From Phoronis australis (lineage: Eukaryota; Animalia; Phoronida): a stretch of 51,988 nt of DNA. The notes below the pieces were generated by a model that was not told the origin of the DNA, did not search any database, and saw nothing but the letters and a program-made list of their open reading frames with translations. Of this stretch, positions 46,801 to 51,988 are shown piece after piece. The DNA lies in contig NMRA01000430.1 in the NCBI GenBank assembly GCA_002633005.1, forward strand, positions 341,363 through 393,350. Reading direction: 5' to 3'. Made by a program: the position numbers and the translations under genes. Position 1 is the stretch's first letter. Each line of letters opens with the position of its first letter.

Positions 46801-49800
46801 GTAAGGATTTTGAAATACGAATGAGCCAAATTGGCGCGTTACAGCTATAAACCATGGTCTGCCAAACAGTCTTACATATGCAAAATTCTATTGAAGAATT
46901 ATTCACTTGGAAAATAGACGCGGTAGAAGCTACATAGCAAACACATAAACCACCAAAAGATGGCGAATAAAGTCAAACTACTAACACAGAGTGCATCGGC
47001 GCTTACAGTCTACCATTTTATGAGATATAGGCTGAGTCTGATGCCTCCACTCAAACGTAAGGGATGGATCTTGTTGTTTTCTTGGTCAGTTGACGTGTGT
47101 TGTCCAAACTTCCTTACTTGTTCTGTTCGAGGAGAAAGCTCTCTCTCAAGTTTTCAAATGAGTCTGTGCCCCCTGCTGAAAGGTTTATTTTTGAATTATC
47201 TTTTCTTAAAGTTATGTAGGACCGTATAAAAATGGCCAAAATTGGCTGTCTTTGGAACATCTCATCTCGGAAGGGTGTGGTCAGATTCACTTGAAACTTT
47301 ATGCACTGTTCTCAAATATTTTATTAGGATTTGGTTTTCAAAAAAATATGTTCTAATTTTGCTAAAATAAAGTTTTATGATTTCTATGAAAATCTTAATA
47401 AATTATAGCTTTCCATTAAAGAAACGATGGCATGTTCTCGTTTTCGGATCAATTCAACATATTGTGCGCCATCTAGTGGACATTTTTATGATACATATAA
47501 ACAAATACCCCCAGAAGCACACCATTTGAGGGGCCTTCGTGGGCGCATTTCAACGCTCTTGTTGAAACTGGTGACACCAACAGTTTGAGGTGTGGTTACA
47601 ATAGTGTAGCATCTTTTTGTGATCATCAGCTTTTTGTTTTATATTTTATTTTTCTAAGAAAAACCATCAATTTCATTATTTTCCATAGCTCTGATTTGCA
47701 CTTAATGTTGGTTTCTGTTATAGATGCTTTTTTCCAAAGCCACAGAACTAATTCGTAGAAAGTGCATTGCCGTAACTGACAATAGGGTGAGTTTAAAGTA
47801 ACAATGCTCAATTTCTTAAGTGATTTTTTCACCACGTATTACCCATAAAACCATATATTTTAAAATCCTTGGCATCGGAATCTTGTGCAGTGCCCAGATG
47901 TTTGTTTTTACATGATTGCATTTACTTCTCAAAATCATTATTTTTTCATAGAGTTTACGGTATTTTCTACAAACATGCAAAATCTGTTTCACTATTCATT
48001 CTATTAGCTATAAAGGCGTGTCTGAGATTTTCTTTTTAAAAGACCTTTTATTCCAACAGTTTGGCTTTCAAAAATCAAGATTTCATTTTTTGTAGGAATG
48101 TTAGCATTTTCATTTTTGCAGCAGGGTTCTTGGACTAAAAGGCCTTAAAAGAAAATCCCAGACCTCCTTTGTATGTAAGGGAGCGAAGAAACAGAATTTG
48201 AAAATTTCATGCTAAGCAATTCAATGACATGTTTTTTGTAGTAATAACTGTGATTTCCGAGAAAAATGTAAGTAATTTTTTGCAGTCACTAAATCACATA
48301 ATTGCAAACATCTGGGTAATTATTTTGTGCACTCAATAAAAATGTGATGATCAGGATATTTAAAATAATTATGTAGTTTCATGGGTCTACAATTACTTGG
48401 AAAGCAACTTAAGAAATTTTATCCTTGGTAACAATGAAGTCATTTACCTTCACTGGAGACCCAGTATTACTGTAACCTACCATAAGATTAACAAAATTGC
48501 CAACACTCAAATTTTTGGATGCATATTATTTATTTGTTTTTCTTAATGCTATAGTACATTTTGTATCTTTGTTATTAGTTTACTAAAATTCTGCATTGGC
48601 AGTTTGTCTTAAATATTAAAATGTTTCATGGACTGCCATTTTCGTGTAGCCTGTTGTTAGCTTGGGATTCTGTAGCTGAAGCATACGATACTCTGACTTG
48701 TTCGATGTGCTTTTCTTAAGTACACAGCTATTTGGCTACAGTGTGGCAAGAGTTGAATTCATGATCCCTCAGTTCATAGCTCAGCACACTAACCACTAAG
48801 CCTCATTAGCACTCCCGTTGTCCTTAATATAGACAGTTGGCCAGATTTCCCATCCTTCATTTCTGTAGGATTTGTAAATTGTATATCTTTCAAAGAACCA
48901 TGTTCTTAAATTTTGTTTGGCCTTACTTGTCATTTTTGTTTGGCCTTACTTGTCATTTTTGTTTGGCCTTACTTGTCATTTTTGTTTGGCCTTACTTGTC
49001 ATTTTTGTTTGGCCTTACTTGTCATTTTTCAGGTCCGTTTAATGAATGAGATTTTAAATTGCATCAAACTCATCAAGATGTATGCCTGGGAAGAGCCTTT
49101 TGCCAAAACAATTGCTGGTAAAGTACAATTAGCTCAATTTACTTTTAAGCTCTTGAATATGAATCTTCTAAGCTTCCTTGGATTTTTGTGCATTCACACA
49201 CTTATATTGTGTGTTTGCATTATGCCATCGCCCCCATTCGTCTGGCCGCTCGTCCGTCTGGCGTACACTGCTGTATTGCCAAAACCTTGCCGGATGCTCA
49301 TGAACGTTTTCCTGTGGTGGATGGGACGGCATGAGAGAATTTTCTGACAGATCCGACAACCACTGTGTAGCCACTAACGGCAATTGTAGATTTTTGCATT
49401 TGCAACTGTATAATTTGGAGATCCTTGAAATTTGGTAAGTAGGTATCTATTAAGGAGTTGGTGCCACCTTCCCGTTTTTGAATGGATTCAACATATTTTG
49501 TGCCACCTAGTGGCCGTTTTTAATATTTTTGAGTCTGCTTTTTTGGCATCAAGCTTCCCAATGACAATTTTTTGCATCTCGTGAATCCCATGCAGGAACT
49601 TTTAAATTTGGCATTACTAACCAAATCAAATTTCTTTGACAAGTTTAGAGAACCGCAAACGGTCTTACTTGTTATACTTCGCCTATTTTTACGTTTCTCT
49701 AACAATGATCGAATCATCCGCCATCTTCTACTCTTAGTGTTTGACCTAATGACGTCATGTGCTTACCCGAATGTCAGCCAATGAGCCCAGTGAATGCTTT

Positions 49801-50619
49801 TGTTCACTAGTTTACCACTAGGAAAAATGCAAATGCCGGAGTGACAAGCGAATGTTAAAAAAGCTGAACATTTGAGTGAATACTAGGTTCTATTGAAAGA
49901 CTTGATTTTCGTGTAGTTGTATCCACTGATGTAATTGTGATCAAGATAAATATGTTCAAGCGGTCTCAATTTTGGCGATTGCGGATAAATGTTTGACATG
50001 CAATTCGAGTGTGATGTGTATGGCACTTGATTCTACATTTTCACTGTGCAGACTTCCAACTTTGGCAAAAATAAGACTTCAGCACACCGTGTTTCAGGTG
50101 GAATTGACGTGCATTGCGCCCCCCTAGTGGCCTTTCTGTTGTTTTTGTATCCTTTGTGATCTGTTCCTTAAAAATCATGATTAAAGATGGCTGGTGTATT
50201 CCTGTTGAGTAGAGTATTTTTGACTTGCTTTGCATCCACTAGAGGCTATTATTGAGTTTATTAGCAACCAGTTTGTAGGAATGCTGAGGTGCACATGGTG
50301 GGTGCATATCAATGCTCTTCATTGCTCTTATAGTAAAGCCGAGTCCCATCAAAGAGAGTTGTGTGCTCTTGTAAGGTTTTGAGTTATGTCAATGCACGAA
50401 TCAATGTTTACATTATTGCAGTGTCACGAATTGCGTTCGTCTGTGTTCACTGTGCTTTTACTTATTACAGGTATTCGTGCTGATGAACGAGCTCACCTTG
50501 AGAAGTCTGGCTTCATCCAGAGTCTAAGTATTGCCACTGGTACCAATGTCCAGTTAATGGCCTGCGTCCTAGCATTTATCACTCACACTATGACTGGCAA
50601 TAATCTGACCGCCATACAG
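31784..50619 (+). CDS. ABCC5: ABCC5/MRP5-like ABC transporter (short MRP, no TMD0 seen); N-terminus and TMD1, gene continues beyond window
   Basis: Spliced exons give KYLSALKQLFPIR, FPLHNVGFLSLMTFSWVNPLM, RLQQLWEEEV..GPEKASL, KSVGQLVNLCANDGQRVFD, RRKCIAVTDNRVRLMNEILNCIKLIKMYAWE and ERAHLEKSGFIQSL, the lasso and TMD1 signature of the ABCC5/11/12 clade. Confidence 0.92.
32515..32950 (-). mobile_element. Possible Penelope-like retroelement remnant
   Basis: Minus-strand peptide KTRNLKRIMDNDPVLRQDKEITGTIKPIIVEQRGSL resembles the RT to GIY-YIG linker of Penelope-like elements; heavily decayed. Confidence 0.35.
33350..33690 (-). mobile_element. Decayed CR1/L2-group LINE ORF2 C-terminal fragment
   Basis: Minus-strand fragments HLGLLLDHKLTF, LETLFKSFVLPHLDYNDIIY and WNSLP. 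Confidence 0.75.
34319..34417 (+). CDS. ABCC5: ABCC5-like exon (SDSCPHH...KYLSALKQLFPIRAKK)
   Basis: ttgtag/gtaaat, 99 nt. Confidence 0.85.
35229..35390 (+). CDS. ABCC5: ABCC5-like exon (PYWKTFPLHNVG...QTGRQ)
   Basis: ttgtag/gtaggt, 162 nt, lasso motif. Confidence 0.93.
36275..37080 (+). mobile_element. 5'-truncated L2/Crack/Daphne-type LINE 3' end
   Basis: RYNTRPSLSSNFNLSKPRNETGKKSFSYSGPYLWNTLPAAAKSAPSLITFKRI, then (tgta)n-rich UTR, terminal stem-loop atcagtgtgaactgat and (aaat)n tail. Confidence 0.8.
37295..37870. mobile_element. Degenerate hAT-like MITE
   Basis: Subterminal caggtcgcca / tggcaac repeats resembling those of the 40673-41734 element; ends eroded. Confidence 0.4.
37969..38116 (+). 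CDS. ABCC5: ABCC5-like exon (LQQLWEEEV...ALLGP)
   Basis: tttcag/gtgagt, 148 nt. Confidence 0.95.
38601..38791. repeat. 10-bp tandem repeat (ctttaccagt), ~19 copies
   Basis: Near-perfect array. Confidence 0.98.
39242..39389 (+). CDS. ABCC5: ABCC5-like exon (MVFVRLLL...WAISCVT)
   Basis: tttcag/gtaacg, 148 nt. Confidence 0.95.
40358..41922. mobile_element. Outer hAT-like MITE
   Basis: TIRs cagggcttggaa / ttccatgccctg; flanks acacct / acaccc; subterminal ttccgcg repeats. Confidence 0.75.
40673..41734. mobile_element. Inner hAT-like MITE with perfect 11-bp TIR and 5-bp TSD (contains gap 41038-41262)
   Basis: ggttg|cagggctcgac ... gtcgagccctg|ggttg; tgcgacctg repeats. Confidence 0.85.
42041..43698 (-). 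mobile_element. Kolobok-like non-autonomous DNA transposon
   Basis: Perfect 15-bp TIRs aggagaatgccaccc / gggtggcattctcct, flanks ataa / ttaa, contains a THAP ORF. Confidence 0.85.
43268..43531 (-). CDS. THAP zinc-finger domain ORF (87 aa) of the Kolobok-like element, possibly truncated
   Basis: MPQYCGALDPACPN...SFFRL...KWL...VCGRHF..SDF...SVA matches the C2CH THAP signature. Confidence 0.7.
   Translation of the reverse strand: MPQYCGALDPACPNYEAAKKARISFFRLAPEPEMLRKWLALVKNERYAVNSKYEAVKHLRVCGRHFINSDFSDEFLRTKELFIHSVA
43850..44350. repeat. ~50-bp minisatellite, ~10 units, most containing agccaatca
   Basis: aaatcaaagtgacaagccaatcaacatacggtaacattcacaatgagtattt variants. Confidence 0.92.
44391..44476 (+). 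CDS. ABCC5: ABCC5-like exon (VRARGAMLSLLFQKILRLKSLKDKSVGQ)
   Basis: ccacag/gttagt, 86 nt. Confidence 0.95.
45051..45834. mobile_element. Kolobok-like foldback MITE with TTAA TSD and ~280-bp inverted arms containing a THAP start
   Basis: ttaa at 45047-50 and 45835-38; arms aaggcaacctttt...gtcaacATGCCACA; minus-strand ORF MPHCCCVPECTHH...FVCSGHY. Confidence 0.85.
45860..46152. repeat. ~63-bp minisatellite, ~4-5 units, ending at an ABCC5 exon acceptor
   Basis: ctgtttgaaaagtcatgtattctacat...cacatagtttaaa; one further unit at ~45005-45050. Confidence 0.85.
46156..46329 (+). CDS. ABCC5: ABCC5-like exon (LVNLCANDGQRVFD...FYPVQ)
   Basis: ttgcag/gtgagg, 174 nt. Confidence 0.95.
47035..47575 (+). 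mobile_element. HINE-like element (partial)
   Basis: 3' end aagcacaccatttg...ttcgtgggcgcatttcaacgctcttgttgaaa matches the 11793 element end. Confidence 0.6.
47724..47786 (+). CDS. ABCC5: ABCC5-like exon (MLFSKATELIRRKCIAVTDNR)
   Basis: ttatag/gtgagt, 63 nt. Confidence 0.93.
47807..48427. mobile_element. Palindromic MITE with 9-bp flanking direct repeat gtaacaatg (MULE-like)
   Basis: Inverted matches aatttcttaagt/acttaagaaatt, cccagatgtttg/caaacatctggg, gagattttctttt/aaaagaaaatccc; direct repeats at 47798-47806 and 48428-48436. Confidence 0.7.
48690..48812 (-). mobile_element. tRNA-derived SINE remnant
   Basis: Minus strand ggcttagtggttagtgtgctg (A-box-like) and gaattcaactc (degenerate B box); no intact cloverleaf. 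Confidence 0.55.
48911..49025. repeat. Perfect 23-bp tandem repeat x5 directly upstream of an exon acceptor
   Basis: ttttgtttggccttacttgtcat x5, then ttttcag|GTC. Confidence 0.97.
49033..49117 (+). CDS. ABCC5: ABCC5-like exon (VRLMNEILNCIKLIKMYAWEEPFAKTIA)
   Basis: tttcag/gtaaag, 85 nt. Confidence 0.95.
49183..50330 (+). mobile_element. HINE-like element, probably interrupted by an insertion at ~49555-50040
   Basis: 5' tttttgtgcattcac...cgtccgtctggcgt; units with gccacctagtggcc; 3' gtgggtgcatatcaatgctcttcattgctctt. Confidence 0.6.
50471..50619 (+). CDS. ABCC5: ABCC5-like exon (IRADERAHLEKSG...NNLTAIQ) ending at a GC donor
   Basis: ttacag acceptor; CAG|GCAAGT donor; 149 nt. Confidence 0.9.
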
Positions 50620-51988
50620 GCAAGTTATCGCCACACATTTGTGTTGTCTTTTATGTGAAGGATGCTTTGTAATTCTGTTATTATTAGAAATGACATTCTT
50701 AGGCGCAGAGATCAAATTAATACATATGTCTTTACGGCACACAGTTTGCTGACTGATTTTTTTTGAGAAATCACTAATTAGGAAGTCCATTTTGCTGTGT
50801 ATTGTGATGTGACTTGACAGTTGGTCATCGTCAAATATTCCAAGATCTCGAATTTGGAATGTTAGTTAATACATTATGCAAATGTGCTCCTGGTCCATTA
50901 TATGAATGTTGTGATGATTGATGACATCTCTTCTCCAAATAGACCATCACAACATTATTTGTGTGATCTCATCTCTTCACACGACAATGACACTTCCCCT
51001 TAAAACCATCCTCTGTATTCATGTGTACTCTAGAAGAGCTTTTATTAAAATGAAGCTGCTTACGGGGTGAAACTTTCATGGATTGTGTATTCTATAGTTT
51101 TGTTGGTTGACTGTGTACTGTCCCTAAGAGATGCAGTAGGCATTCTTTTTCAGTCTAGAATTGTCGAACCAGATTTTCTTTTCACTTGGCATCAGATTGT
51201 TTATGATTTCATAGAACTTGACTTTCCAAAAGCCAGCCTATCATGATCATGATCAGGCCTTCAGTGGTCATGTGATGAACATTTTTTGTGTACTTGATAA
51301 TCGAAAAATGGAGTAATTCCTCTGTTTTTTGTTAAATATCTCAATTTCAAAAAGTACATAAAGGCTGTTAGTCCTATAAGAACCGTCTTTGTTTAAATAA
51401 ACACTGCAAGCAATATTTTGGGTGTAGTAAGTGATTTGTGGCTAGCGTCATGGGAAATTTTAAGTTCAGTGCGTAGCTTGGTGTCAATTGTATTTTTCAA
51501 ATGATCACTTATTTGAAATGTTTCGTAGCATAATGTCATCCCATTCTCTGAATGTGCAAATTTCATGTAAGCTGTGCATTTGTGAACACCTCTCAAGTGC
51601 AGTCAGTAATGTGCACTAAAATAAATCTACTTTGGTCATAAAAATGGATGAGAAATTATTATATGTATTTTTTTTGCAAAATAAAAAATAAATGACATTG
51701 AACTTGTTAAAAAAGTTCTGAAATAGCTCTCCAATTTCCTCTTAGTTTTTGTATTCAGTTACATTGTCTGCAAATTGTTGATCAACTTCTAATTCACATG
51801 GACCATGAGGTGATCATTGTTGATAACCACACGGGTTGCACATTACGAAGCGGTTGTCCTGACTGTAGCTAAGGCATGACTGGGCTGCGGCTCACTCACT
51901 TACCATTTCACCCGCCGACTCATGGTAAGTTCCGGGTAGTCACGCTTGCGCCCATGCCGATTGTCTGGTTTGTCTCCACTTACGGTCA

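Noticed and set aside
48745-48805. tRNA gene
   Set aside because: Only an A box and a degenerate B box, no cloverleaf; better explained as a SINE head.
51257-51317. Possible next ABCC5 exon starting AFS after cag
   Set aside because: No polypyrimidine tract, the sequence after AF does not resemble MRP TM6, and it reaches a stop without a good donor; the next exon is probably outside the window.

Overview
This is animal genomic DNA, not prokaryotic: it is AT-rich, has spliceosomal introns, and its repeat content suggests a marine invertebrate (taxon is an inference). It has two N gaps. Two intron-rich genes point away from each other, and the ORF track largely misses them. (1) A minus-strand alkaline ceramidase 3 (ACER3-like) gene: I reconstructed 10 coding exons from ATG 13582 to 4016, with the Ca2+-site motif DWCE-NY, SxxxH, DELPM and HAWWH intact. 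The last exon is not visible. Coding exons 9-10 appear a second time at 1-2084, probably a second haplotype assembled beside a gap. (2) The 5' part of a plus-strand ABCC5/MRP5-like short MRP transporter: 10 coding exons from 31784 to 50619, the last ending at a GC donor. The rest is transposon-derived or tandem repeat: Helentron-type (HINE/DINE-1-like) elements, a decayed pogo-like DDE transposase, Kolobok-like THAP elements, nested hAT-like MITEs, foldback elements, LINE/Penelope/SINE remnants and minisatellites. I found no convincing new protein-coding system. The best leads are structural: a variable minisatellite made from an exon end plus its splice donor; splice-site-adjacent minisatellites at several exons; HINE elements with phased, co-oriented CTCF-like motifs; and a possible 9.5 kb CACTA-like composite element between the two genes.
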